Of a DNA stretch of 59,530 nucleotides, positions 47,691 through 56,931 are shown in pieces. Numbering within the stretch: the first letter of the stretch is position 1; each line of letters starts with the position of its first letter. The notes beneath the pieces are model-generated. The model had not been told where the DNA came from. It ran no database searches and worked only from the letters and a program-made list of their open reading frames with translations. Made by a program: the position numbers and the translations under genes. The DNA is from an uncultured Bacilli bacterium (lineage in GTDB: Bacteria; Bacillota_I; Bacilli_A; RF39; UBA660), in the NCBI GenBank assembly GCA_934177995.1, contig CAKPPW010000005.1:1-59530 (forward strand). Reading direction: 5' to 3'.

Positions 47691-48553
47691 TGAGATATTT
47701 AGTAACAGGCATTACTGGTCAACTTGGTTATGATGTAGTAAGAGTTTTAAAAGAAAATGGTGTTAAGGATATTTATGCTCCAACAAGTAGTGAGTTTGAT
47801 ATTACTAATAAAGAAATAGTAGTTTCTAAGACTAAAGAATTTAATCCTGATGTTATTATTCACTGTGCCGCTTATACTAAAGTTGATCAAGCAGAGATTG
47901 ATATTGATACTTGTTATAAAGTTAATGTTGATGGTACTAAAAATATGACAGAAGCAGCCAAAGAGGCGGATGCCAAAATCATCTATATCAGTACCGATTA
48001 CGTCTTTGATGGGGAAAAGAAAGGTGCCTATCTAGTAGATGATAGGACTAATCCTAAGTCTATCTATGGAAAGACTAAACTAGAAGGAGAGAAGATCGTT
48101 AGTAATTATGATAAACATTTCATAGTAAGGATATCTTGGGTATTTGGAATTAATGGTAATAACTTTGTTAAGACTATGCTTAACCTTTCTAAGACTCATA
48201 AAGAGTTAACAGTAGTAGCAGATCAAATTGGTAGTCCAACTTATACTTATGATTTAGCAAAACTATTATATGATATGAGTAAAACTACTAAGTATGGAAC
48301 TTATCATGCTACTAATGAAGGATGCTATAGCTGGGCAGACTTTGCAAGATTAATATTAAAAGATAAAGATACTAAAATAAAAGATGTAACTACTTTAGAA
48401 TATCAAGAGATGATTAATAAGAAACAAGCACCAAGACCTAAAAACTCATTATTAGATAAAGAAAAACTAGTGGCAAATGGATTTTATAAGTTACCACCAG
48501 TTGAAGTTGCTTTAACCAGTTATTTAATAGAATTAGAAAAAAAAGAAGCGTAA
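47690..48553 (+). CDS. rfbD: dTDP-4-dehydrorhamnose reductase
   Basis: [39 protein letters not shown] and GSPTYT. Confidence 0.9.
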   Translation: MRYLVTGITGQLGYDVVRVLKENGVKDIYAPTSSEFDITNKEIVVSKTKEFNPDVIIHCAAYTKVDQAEIDIDTCYKVNVDGTKNMTEAAKEADAKIIYISTDYVFDGEKKGAYLVDDRTNPKSIYGKTKLEGEKIVSNYDKHFIVRISWVFGINGNNFVKTMLNLSKTHKELTVVADQIGSPTYTYDLAKLLYDMSKTTKYGTYHATNEGCYSWADFARLILKDKDTKIKDVTTLEYQEMINKKQAPRPKNSLLDKEKLVANGFYKLPPVEVALTSYLIELEKKEA

Positions 48554-48556
48554 CAA

Positions 48557-48832
48557 TTATGCTTCTTTTGCTTCCATCTTATTTACTGCTTTAGTTAATC
48601 TTGATTTTAAACGGGCAGCTTTATTTTTATGAACTGATCCATGAGTACAAGCTTTATCAACTCTTTGAATAGCAATATTTAAAGTCTTTTTAGCTTCTTC
48701 ACCTTTACCAGCAAGAATAGCTTTTTCACAGTTCTTAACTGCTGTACGCATACTTGAAGTTACAAGAGTGTTTACATCAGCTTTTCTTTCATTACTACGA
48801 ACTCTTTTCTTAGCACTTTTAATATTTGGCAT
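48557..48832 (-). CDS. rpsT: 30S ribosomal protein S20
   Basis: Start moved to MPNIKSAKKRVR (ATG at 48832, after GAGGTGA). The track's longer N-terminus is unlikely. Confidence 0.9.
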   Translation of the reverse strand: MPNIKSAKKRVRSNERKADVNTLVTSSMRTAVKNCEKAILAGKGEEAKKTLNIAIQRVDKACTHGSVHKNKAARLKSRLTKAVNKMEAKEA

Positions 48833-49081
48833 AATTTCACCTCGCTTCTTGTTTAAACATTTACATTTTACCAAAAAATAGAAGATATTGCAAATGTTTT
48901 AAATTTCTTTTCTTATATATAATACAAAAAAGTATGGGAAAAAGCAAGAAGTATAGACAAATTTATGTTCAATCTTCTTATCAATGTAAAAGAATATCTT
49001 TTAGATAAAAAACTTGTGTTTTCTTTTGACGAAATATTTAACGTATGATATAGTAGTTATAGAATAGGAAGGTGAGATGAT

Positions 49082-49672
49082 ATGAGAAAAAGTATGACTA
49101 AAAAAAGAGTCGTAAAGAAGGAAGAAATAGGATCTTGGGTATATATTTTACTACTAACATCTGTTACAATACTAGGCTGGGTGTTAGGAAAGTTTGATTT
49201 TTCCATTGGTAAAACAACGTTGACAATAGCTGTCTTTGCTTATCCATTTCGTTATTTTATAGCTAATATTATTACTAAAAAATATGGTTATAAAGAAACA
49301 ATGAATGGTATTAGTTATTCAGCTTGCTTACTTTTGTTATTTGCCATAGTTGCTAGTTTATTTGGACAACATGATGTAGACTATGTACCACTTACTGGAG
49401 AATTGTTTGGTTATATGTTAAGTCAAATGATTAACTTATCAATTTATTACTATCTATTAATTAATACTAATGATGATAAGATACCTTATTTAGGATCATA
49501 TATTGCAGCTATGTTAGTTGATACTTTAGTAAGTATGCTTTTTGCTAGTAGATTAGTAATTCTTGCAAGTTTCTGGAGAACTTATTTTGTAACTATTCTT
49601 ATTCAAGCAATTATTTCTATTTTCTTAATTTATTTTGATGATAAGAAAATATATAATCCAAGAAAAAAATAG
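49082..49672 (+). CDS. polytopic membrane protein, possibly VUT/YhhQ-family (queuosine precursor transporter)
   Basis: 196 aa with about 6 TM helices. AYPFRYFIANIITKKYGYKET and MLVDTLVSMLF resemble YhhQ motifs. A TTGACG-17-TATAGT promoter lies at 49026-49054. Confidence 0.4.
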   Translation: MRKSMTKKRVVKKEEIGSWVYILLLTSVTILGWVLGKFDFSIGKTTLTIAVFAYPFRYFIANIITKKYGYKETMNGISYSACLLLLFAIVASLFGQHDVDYVPLTGELFGYMLSQMINLSIYYYLLINTNDDKIPYLGSYIAAMLVDTLVSMLFASRLVILASFWRTYFVTILIQAIISIFLIYFDDKKIYNPRKK

Positions 49673-50030
49673 TTATTTAAAAAAAGTATTAGTTTTAATT
49701 ATTATCTTAATCATTATTCTGTTAGTTAGTGCTTTAAGAATGGTTAAAGCTAAGAATCTTGAATATTATAGGAAACAAGAAAAGTTGATGAGACTAGCTG
49801 CTATTAATTATTTTAAAAACTATCCTTCCTATTTACCACTTGAAAATGGTGAGTCTAAAAGAGTAGTATTATCCTTTTTAGTTAAAGAAGGATATATAGA
49901 GAAAATAAAAGATATTAATAATAGAGAATGTGATAGCAGGAAAAGTTATATTAAAGTAGTTAAAAATAGTAAAGATACCTATACTTATTCTTCATATCTT
50001 GTTTGTCCTAATTATAAAATAAAAAAGTAA
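49638..50030 (+). CDS. pilin-head-domain paralog with a hydrophobic N-terminal helix but no G|FTxxE cleavage motif
   Basis: Residues ~38-130 align with residues ~41-133 of the 782-aa pilin (AK..YY..QE.L..LA..YF..Y..LP.E.GE...Y..K.KD.N..EC...Y.Y...C..Y). Start is uncertain: it overlaps the upstream gene and has no clear SD. Confidence 0.5.
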   Translation: MIRKYIIQEKNSYLKKVLVLIIILIIILLVSALRMVKAKNLEYYRKQEKLMRLAAINYFKNYPSYLPLENGESKRVVLSFLVKEGYIEKIKDINNRECDSRKSYIKVVKNSKDTYTYSSYLVCPNYKIKK

Positions 50031-50031
50031 T

Positions 50032-50295
50032 CTATAGAAAAAACTGTAGATTACTTTTTTCTTCTTGTTTTGTAGTTTCTTCTCTTACTGGTGGTTCATC
50101 ATCTTTTACGGCATCAGCAATTCTAAATAGGGTTCTTGCATTAGTAACTAATGGTTTTACTTGATAGATTATAGGAATAGCTTGGTTAATAACATTAAGT
50201 GTTTTTTGTGTGTTATTTAAAATATTGCCCCAGTTTATTCTTTTTATACCACTATTAATTTGATAAGGATTCATTTGATTATACATTTTTATCAC
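50032..50295 (-). CDS. YqfQ-like small protein
   Basis: 87 aa. INWGNILNNTQKTLNVINQAIPIIYQVKPLVTNARTLFRI resembles the YqfQ/VrrA family core. Confidence 0.4.
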   Translation of the reverse strand: MIKMYNQMNPYQINSGIKRINWGNILNNTQKTLNVINQAIPIIYQVKPLVTNARTLFRIADAVKDDEPPVREETTKQEEKSNLQFFL

Positions 50296-50382
50296 CCTTA
50301 TTTTAATATATGTTACTTGTTTCTTCTTGTGTCATTTATCAAGTGATGATATAATTATTTTAATAGAAAGGGTGTTATTAAT

Positions 50383-51807
50383 ATGGAGAAAGCTATGCAA
50401 CCATTTATTTTTATATATCATGTTGTTGCTTATATATTTTCTTTACCAAAAACAATTCTTTCATATTCTTTTAAAGGTATTGCTTTTGTTTTTTCACTAT
50501 TTAATATTAAACCCAAAAAAGATGATGATAGTAAAGAAATAGAAGAAGAAGTAAAAAAATTAATGACTAAAAAAGAAGAAGAGGTCATTAAAGAAGAACC
50601 TTTATTCTCTTATAGATATAAGGCTAAAGGGGTTAATGGAAAAGTATTTTCTGGTACTATGGAAGGTAGTAGTGTTGATGATGTTAGAGACTTTTTGACT
50701 AACGAGGGCTATGAAATACTTGAAGTTAATCCTAGAAAGACATATGATGTTGATATTAATATAGGAGGTAAGTTTGGATCAGCCGAACTATCATTTACTT
50801 TAACTCAGTTATCTACTTATATTAAAGCTGGCATTTCACTAGTAGATTCAGTAAGAATACTTGAAAAACAAGCAGAGAAGCCAGAACATAGAAAAGTCTA
50901 TCAAAAGATGGTTTATGAGTTGTTGAAAGGGGAAAGTTTATCAGTAGCAATGCAAAAACAACAAGATAAGTTTCCTAAGTTATTAGTAAATATGGTCAAG
51001 ACTAGTGAGTTAACTGGAGACTTAACTTCAGTTTTAGATGATATGGCTGAGTATTATACTTCAAAAGAAGAAACAAAAAAAACAATGATTTCTGCTATGA
51101 CTTATCCAGTTATTGTTATAATAATAGCTATCTGCGTTGTAGTATTTATTTTAACTTCAATTGTTCCTAAATTTGTTGATATGTATAGTGCAAATGATGC
51201 AACTATTCCAGCGCTTACACAAACAATAATGAGTATAAGTAGTTTTTTAACCCATCACTATATTATATTAATTATCATAATAGGTGGTATCCTTGGAGCT
51301 TTTATTTTTCTTTTTAAACATGTACAAGCCTTTCGTAAAAATACACAGATTATAATGATGCATATACCTGTTTTGAGTAAAATAATTATTTACAATGAAG
51401 TCTATAATTTTACTAAGACTTTTGCATCACTTTTAAATCATGGAGTATTTATTACTGATAGTATGGAAATACTTGCTAAAATTACTAATAATGAAGTGTA
51501 TAAAGAACTAATTAATAGAACAATTATAAATCTAAATAAAGGAGCTAATATCTCAGATTCATTCAAGGGATCTTGGGCTTTCCCAGTAGCTGCTTATGAA
51601 ATGATTGTTACTGGAGAGTCCACTGGTCAGTTGGGATTAATGATGGAGAAAGTAGCTAATTATTATCAGACGCTACACAAAAATTTAGTAAAACAATTAC
51701 AAAGTTTAATAGAACCAATGATGATTGTATTCTTGGCACTTATAGTAGGTATTATTCTTTTATCAGTTATGATGCCAATGTTTGATATATATTCAAAGAT
51801 TCAGTAG
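50383..51807 (+). CDS. pilC: type IV pilus / T2SS platform protein (PilC/ComGB, GspF family)
   Basis: Has the typical N-terminal FSYRYKAKGVNGKVFSGTMEG...DFLTNEGYEILEV and two GspF repeats with 3 TM helices. About 70 extra N-terminal residues are present if the start is 50383; the alternative is ATG 50563. Confidence 0.8.
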   Translation: MEKAMQPFIFIYHVVAYIFSLPKTILSYSFKGIAFVFSLFNIKPKKDDDSKEIEEEVKKLMTKKEEEVIKEEPLFSYRYKAKGVNGKVFSGTMEGSSVDDVRDFLTNEGYEILEVNPRKTYDVDINIGGKFGSAELSFTLTQLSTYIKAGISLVDSVRILEKQAEKPEHRKVYQKMVYELLKGESLSVAMQKQQDKFPKLLVNMVKTSELTGDLTSVLDDMAEYYTSKEETKKTMISAMTYPVIVIIIAICVVVFILTSIVPKFVDMYSANDATIPALTQTIMSISSFLTHHYIILIIIIGGILGAFIFLFKHVQAFRKNTQIIMMHIPVLSKIIIYNEVYNFTKTFASLLNHGVFITDSMEILAKITNNEVYKELINRTIINLNKGANISDSFKGSWAFPVAAYEMIVTGESTGQLGLMMEKVANYYQTLHKNLVKQLQSLIEPMMIVFLALIVGIILLSVMMPMFDIYSKIQ

Positions 51808-52587
51808 GTGATGTTTATGGAAATAGTTTATTTAATATGTTTTCTTTTATTGGGGCTAGTAATGGGCTCTTTCTTTTGCGTTGTAGGCTTAAGACTAGCA
51901 AGAGAAGAAAATTTTGTGACAGGTAGAAGCTATTGTGATAGTTGCCATCATGAGTTGGCTGCTAAAGACTTAGTACCACTTTTTTCATTTATATTTTTAA
52001 AAGGAAGATGTAGATATTGTAAAAATAAAATTAATCCCTTATCTTTTTTCATTGAACTATTTACAGGTATTTTATTTATGATAGCATTCTATTCTTTTTC
52101 TTTTAGTATAGATTTATTAATAGTACTAGCAGCTATTTCTCTTACAATGATTATACTTGCAAGTGACACAACGTATCTAATTATTCCTGATGAAGTATTA
52201 GCTTTTTTTACAGTAATATTTATAGTATTAGATATTTTAAAACTTGGTTTTATTGATAGTTTAGAAATGATAGGTGGAGCTATTTTTCTTTTTCTCATCA
52301 TGTATGCTTTAATGAAATTTGGGGACTTTTTACTAAAAAAAGAAAGCTTGGGTGGTGGAGATGTGAAACTACTGTTTGTAATTGGTTTAGTTTTAAAACC
52401 ACTTTTAGGTATAGTTAATATTTTCTTAGGTAGTTTTATTGCTCTACCTGTATCAATCTTTTTATATAAAAAAAATAAGGAACACGTTATTCCTTTTGGA
52501 CCATTTCTCTTAATAGCTTTTCTAATAATACTATTTAGTAAAGTTACTCAGAATGATATTATTAATTTAATTCTTAATTTAAGCTAG
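51808..52587 (+). CDS. pilD: prepilin peptidase (A24 family, PilD/ComC)
   Basis: 259 aa. N-terminal Cys motifs are CDSCHH...CRYCKN, and the catalytic regions are IPDE and GGGDVKLL. Polytopic. Confidence 0.85.
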   Translation: MMFMEIVYLICFLLLGLVMGSFFCVVGLRLAREENFVTGRSYCDSCHHELAAKDLVPLFSFIFLKGRCRYCKNKINPLSFFIELFTGILFMIAFYSFSFSIDLLIVLAAISLTMIILASDTTYLIIPDEVLAFFTVIFIVLDILKLGFIDSLEMIGGAIFLFLIMYALMKFGDFLLKKESLGGGDVKLLFVIGLVLKPLLGIVNIFLGSFIALPVSIFLYKKNKEHVIPFGPFLLIAFLIILFSKVTQNDIINLILNLS

Positions 52588-52638
52588 TAAATAGAAAAGG
52601 TATGTGTTATAATAATAAGCACTTTAGGAGGGAATATA

Positions 52639-53292
52639 ATGAAAATATCAAACAATTTAAAAAAAGATTCAATTTATTTACAAAAGAAAGATATTGTTTA
52701 TTTAGAAAAAGTTTTTAATACTAACTTTGTTAATCAAGAAGAAGTAAAAGATTACAAGAATAATGACTTTATTTTAATCGAAGGGAAAGAGAAGGTAGAT
52801 TTAATAAAATCAAGAGATGAGATATTAGAATTTAAAGACTTTCTTTCAATGACTAAAAAACAGTTAGAACAGAGAATGGATGATGCTGAGCAATTAAAAT
52901 ATATTGTTGAGAAAAAGAAAGCACCAGAAAGTGAGATTCTTAGATATCGTTATGAATATAGAAGTTCTTTAGATGAGTTTCTAGAAAAAAGTAGAGGATC
53001 TTTATCTTTTGATGTACCTTTAACACTTGATATGCTTAACAGTTATTTGTTTTATGAAACTAATGATACTTATTACACAGTTTCAACAACTGTGCCTAGT
53101 ACTTATGAAGTAGGAAGAATAGATGGAAAAGTAGTTGATACTTATGATACTGTACTTAAAGATTTTGTAAGAAGTTCTATGACTACTGCTAATGATATAG
53201 AAAATAAAAATACAAATGATAATTTATATCTAACTAAAATTAAGAGTGTTGACAAGAAAAAACTTTATTATACAATAAACCGAAAGAAGTGA
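52639..53292 (+). CDS. hypothetical soluble protein
   Basis: 217 aa with RBS AGGAGGG and no recognisable motif. Confidence 0.45.
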   Translation: MKISNNLKKDSIYLQKKDIVYLEKVFNTNFVNQEEVKDYKNNDFILIEGKEKVDLIKSRDEILEFKDFLSMTKKQLEQRMDDAEQLKYIVEKKKAPESEILRYRYEYRSSLDEFLEKSRGSLSFDVPLTLDMLNSYLFYETNDTYYTVSTTVPSTYEVGRIDGKVVDTYDTVLKDFVRSSMTTANDIENKNTNDNLYLTKIKSVDKKKLYYTINRKK

Positions 53293-53296
53293 TAAA

Positions 53297-54577
53297 ATGA
53301 AGGTTGGTATTTGTACTTTAGGATGTAAAGTTAATACTTATGAAAGTGAATATATTGAACAAGAATTAAAGAAAAGTGGCTACCAGATAGCCTCTTTTGA
53401 TGATTTATGTGATGTTTATATAATAAATACTTGTACAGTTACTAATCAAGCAGATGTTAAGAGTAGAAAGATGATACATCGTTTTAGAAAAGCTAATCCG
53501 GATGCCTGTATTGTAGCTATGGGATGTTTTATAGAGACTAATTTAGAAAATATTGATCCTGATATTGATATTGCTATTGGTAATAGAAGAAAGGGAGAAC
53601 TTGTTAATTTATTAGATGAATTTTTTATTAATAAAGGTAAGATAGTGGCTAAAGGAAATGATAAGTCTCACTTTGAAAATATGTACTTAGAAAACTTTGA
53701 AGGAAGAACTAGAGCTTTTGTTAAAGTACAAGATGGGTGTGAAAACTTTTGTAGTTACTGTATAATTCCTTATGCTAGAGGAAAGTGTTGTTCTAAACCA
53801 TTAGATACAGTGGTAAGTGAAGTTAAAACCCTACTTAGTAGAGGTTACCAAGAAATAGTGTTAACTGGTATTCATACAGGTAATTATGGAGTAGATATTA
53901 ATACTAACTTTGCTACTTTATTAAGAAACTTAGTTAAGCTAGAAGGACTTAAAAGACTTAGAATATCTAGTATTGAAGTAACTGAACTAACAGATGAAGT
54001 GTTAGAAATTATTAGGGAAAATGAAAATATTGTAAATCACTTTCATATTCCCTTACAAGCCGGTAGTGATAAAGTTTTAAAACTAATGAATAGAAAATAT
54101 GATCTTGCATACTTTGAAGATAAAATTAATAAATTAAGAAATATAAGAAAAGATGTATCTATTACTACAGATATAATAGTAGGTTTTCCTTTAGAAGAAG
54201 AAAGTGACTTTATGGAAACGATTAATAATGCTAAGAAGTTTAATTTTTCTAAGATTCATGTTTTCCCTTATTCTGTTAGAACAGGAACAAAAGCAGCTAG
54301 TATGGAGCAAATTGATAGTAATATAAAAAAAGATAGAGCAAGAAGACTATTAAGAGTCTCTAATGAACTAGCAAAGGCTTATCAAGAAAAGTTTATTAGT
54401 AAAGAGGTAGAGGTACTAATCGAAAAGGATAATCCTGATATCTCTTTTGGTCATACTGATAACTATTTAGCTGTAAAAGTAGCAGGAAGTCATAAACAAA
54501 ATACGTTTGTTAAGGCAAAAGTTTTTGCCGTTGATGGGACAAATTGTCTTGCTAGGGAGGTACAATGTCAGAGATAA
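53297..54577 (+). CDS. mtaB: tRNA t6A37 methylthiotransferase MtaB (radical SAM, MiaB-like)
   Basis: The N-terminal UPF0004 domain has TLGCKVNTYESE...NTCTVT. The radical SAM motif is CENFCSYCIIPYARG. Length and lack of a long TRAM extension fit MtaB. Confidence 0.8.
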   Translation: MKVGICTLGCKVNTYESEYIEQELKKSGYQIASFDDLCDVYIINTCTVTNQADVKSRKMIHRFRKANPDACIVAMGCFIETNLENIDPDIDIAIGNRRKGELVNLLDEFFINKGKIVAKGNDKSHFENMYLENFEGRTRAFVKVQDGCENFCSYCIIPYARGKCCSKPLDTVVSEVKTLLSRGYQEIVLTGIHTGNYGVDINTNFATLLRNLVKLEGLKRLRISSIEVTELTDEVLEIIRENENIVNHFHIPLQAGSDKVLKLMNRKYDLAYFEDKINKLRNIRKDVSITTDIIVGFPLEEESDFMETINNAKKFNFSKIHVFPYSVRTGTKAASMEQIDSNIKKDRARRLLRVSNELAKAYQEKFISKEVEVLIEKDNPDISFGHTDNYLAVKVAGSHKQNTFVKAKVFAVDGTNCLAREVQCQR

Positions 54578-56736
54578 AAGGTAAATTATCAAAAATTATT
54601 TTTCATAATAGTCAAAATGGTTATACAGTAGGACTTTTAAAAGTAAAGGAATCTGATATAGAAAATTTAGTTAATAAGACAGTAACTTTTACAGGAGCTT
54701 TACCAGATCTTAATGAGATAGATACTTATATAATGACTGGTAATTTAACTAATCATGAAAAGTATGGTGAACAGTTTCAGGTAAAATCTATTGATAGAAT
54801 AATGCCGCAAGAGACTGATGCAATGATTGATATTTTATCTAGTAATCTATTTAAAGGAATAGGTAAGAAAACAGCAGAAAAATTAGTATCTGTTTTTAAA
54901 GAAAAGACATTTGATGTTATTTTAAATGATACTAGTAATTTATTATTAATACCTGGTATTAGTGAAAAACAAGCTAAGACTTTAAAAGATGCTTTAAAGC
55001 AGTATCAAGGTAGTTATGAAGATATTTTGATGCTTAATAAATTAGGATTTAGTACTAGTGAAAGTATGAAGATATATCATTACTACAAAGATAGAATAAA
55101 TGAAGTGTTAGATGGTAATTTATATAATATTTATTATGATATTGATGAAATATCGTTTCCAAGAGTTGATAGTATCTTTGTGGCAAAATATCAGAAAGAT
55201 TCACCTAATAGAGTAGCAGGAGCTATTGTTTATATAATTAAGACTTTATCGATGACTTATGGTCATACTTATTTTTCTAAAGAAGAGGTTAATTCTTATT
55301 TATTTAGAGTATTAAAAATAGGAGTTAGTGAAGAAGTAGTAGAAGATGCTTATAATAGTTTGTTAGTAGATGAGCGAATAGTTATTAAAGATGATAGATT
55401 ATATCTAAAGGAAATGTATGAGGCTGAGACTTTAATTGCTAGAAGATTAAGACTTTTAGCCCATGAAGATAAAATTAATTATAAGAATCTTGATAAGAAG
55501 ATAAAAGAGATAGAAACTCATTATGGCATAGTTTATACAGATGAGCAGTTAGAAGCTATTAAACTTGCTATTACAAGAAAAGTAGCTATTATAACAGGTG
55601 GACCTGGTACTGGGAAAACTACTATTTTAAAAGGTATACTTGATTTATATAAAGTATTATCATCATCTAATAAAGTTAGATTAGATGAACAAATAGCTTT
55701 GTTAGCACCAACTGGTAGAGCTAGTAAAAGAATGAGTGAAGTAACTAACTTTGAAGCTTCTACTATTCATAGATTTTTAAAATGGAATAAAGATACTAAT
55801 CGTTTTCAAATAAATGAGTATAATAAAAGTAGTGTCTCTTTTGTAATTATTGATGAAGCTAGTATGATAGATACCATGCTTTTAGCTAATCTTTTGAAAG
55901 GCCTAAAATCATCTTGTCATATTATCTTTGTAGGAGATGCTAATCAGTTGCCATCAGTAGCAGCCGGAGACGTTTTAAATGATATGATAGAAAGTAGGGA
56001 GCTTCCTGTTTATGCTTTAAAAAATTGGCATCGTCAAGGAAGTGACTCTAAAATTATACCTTTCGCTCATAGGATAAATGAAGGAATACTTGATAAAGAA
56101 TTATTAAATAGTGGCAGTGACTTAGAATTTATTCCTTGTAGGGATAATGAAATAATTAAGGTGATAGAAGATGTTTGTAAAGATTATAATTCTTATGATT
56201 TACAAGTCTTAGCACCTATTTATAAAAATAGAAATGGTATATATGCCATAAATGATCATTTACAGAGATTATGGAATCCTAAAAGTCCTAGTAAAAAGGA
56301 AATTGAAGGAACTGAAAGTATCTATCGAGAAAAAGATAAAGTTATTCAACTTGCTAATATGAAAGATGAATCAGTCTTTAATGGTGATATTGGAGTGATT
56401 GATCGAATTAAACTTTTAGGTAATAAAGAATTATATATTGATTATGATGGTAATTTAGTAAAATATACTAAAAGTATGTTACAAAACTTTACTTTAGGGT
56501 ATGCTATTTCTATACATAAGAGTCAAGGTAGTGAATTTGATACTGTTTTAGTTCCTTTTACTCTTGATTACCGGAAGATGTTATATCGAAAACTAATTTA
56601 TACAGGTGTAACTAGATGTAAGAAAAAACTAATATTAGTAGGAGATATTAATGCTTTAGAACAAGCTATTAGAAATAATCAAGAACAGAAAAGAAGAACA
56701 TCATTAAAACTTTTTTTAGAAAATGGTATACTTTAG
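54565..56736 (+). CDS. recD2: ATP-dependent RecD2-like SF1 DNA helicase
   Basis: 723 aa with an N-terminal OB/HhH region. Walker A is ITGGPGTGKTT, then VIIDEASM, FVGDANQLPSV, SIHKSQGSEF and YTGVTR. Confidence 0.88.
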   Translation: MSEIKGKLSKIIFHNSQNGYTVGLLKVKESDIENLVNKTVTFTGALPDLNEIDTYIMTGNLTNHEKYGEQFQVKSIDRIMPQETDAMIDILSSNLFKGIGKKTAEKLVSVFKEKTFDVILNDTSNLLLIPGISEKQAKTLKDALKQYQGSYEDILMLNKLGFSTSESMKIYHYYKDRINEVLDGNLYNIYYDIDEISFPRVDSIFVAKYQKDSPNRVAGAIVYIIKTLSMTYGHTYFSKEEVNSYLFRVLKIGVSEEVVEDAYNSLLVDERIVIKDDRLYLKEMYEAETLIARRLRLLAHEDKINYKNLDKKIKEIETHYGIVYTDEQLEAIKLAITRKVAIITGGPGTGKTTILKGILDLYKVLSSSNKVRLDEQIALLAPTGRASKRMSEVTNFEASTIHRFLKWNKDTNRFQINEYNKSSVSFVIIDEASMIDTMLLANLLKGLKSSCHIIFVGDANQLPSVAAGDVLNDMIESRELPVYALKNWHRQGSDSKIIPFAHRINEGILDKELLNSGSDLEFIPCRDNEIIKVIEDVCKDYNSYDLQVLAPIYKNRNGIYAINDHLQRLWNPKSPSKKEIEGTESIYREKDKVIQLANMKDESVFNGDIGVIDRIKLLGNKELYIDYDGNLVKYTKSMLQNFTLGYAISIHKSQGSEFDTVLVPFTLDYRKMLYRKLIYTGVTRCKKKLILVGDINALEQAIRNNQEQKRRTSLKLFLENGIL

Positions 56737-56775
56737 AAAAAATTACTCATAATAGGATTAGGGAGGCATAATATT

Positions 56776-56928
56776 ATGAGTAAAAAAATGATGATATCTT
56801 TATCAGTTATGGCCGGAATGGCTGGTGGAATGTATTTATATTTCAAAAACAATCCGGCTAAACTTGAAAGCTTAAAGCATAAGATGATTGCATCAATTTA
56901 TGATTTAGAAGATGACATGATGATGTAG
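56776..56928 (+). CDS. small membrane protein (50 aa)
   Basis: Not in the supplied track. Reads MSKKMMISLSVMAGMAGGMYLYFKNNPAKLESLKHKMIASIYDLEDDMMM. RBS is GGGAGG. A hairpin gatgac/gtcatc plus a T-run follows. Confidence 0.45.
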   Translation: MSKKMMISLSVMAGMAGGMYLYFKNNPAKLESLKHKMIASIYDLEDDMMM

Positions 56929-56931
56929 TCA

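Noticed and set aside
46253-48553. Missing rfbB (dTDP-glucose 4,6-dehydratase) in the rfbA-rfbC-rfbD cluster as an anomaly
   Set aside because: rfbB is frequently encoded elsewhere. Absence from one window is not evidence of an incomplete pathway.
50327-50542. Plus-strand 71-aa ORF overlapping the pilC 5' end in another frame
   Set aside because: It has an out-of-frame overlap with the longer GspF-family ORF and no independent support. It only bears on uncertainty about the pilC start.
52089-52301. Minus-strand 70-aa ORF
   Set aside because: Antisense within pilD.
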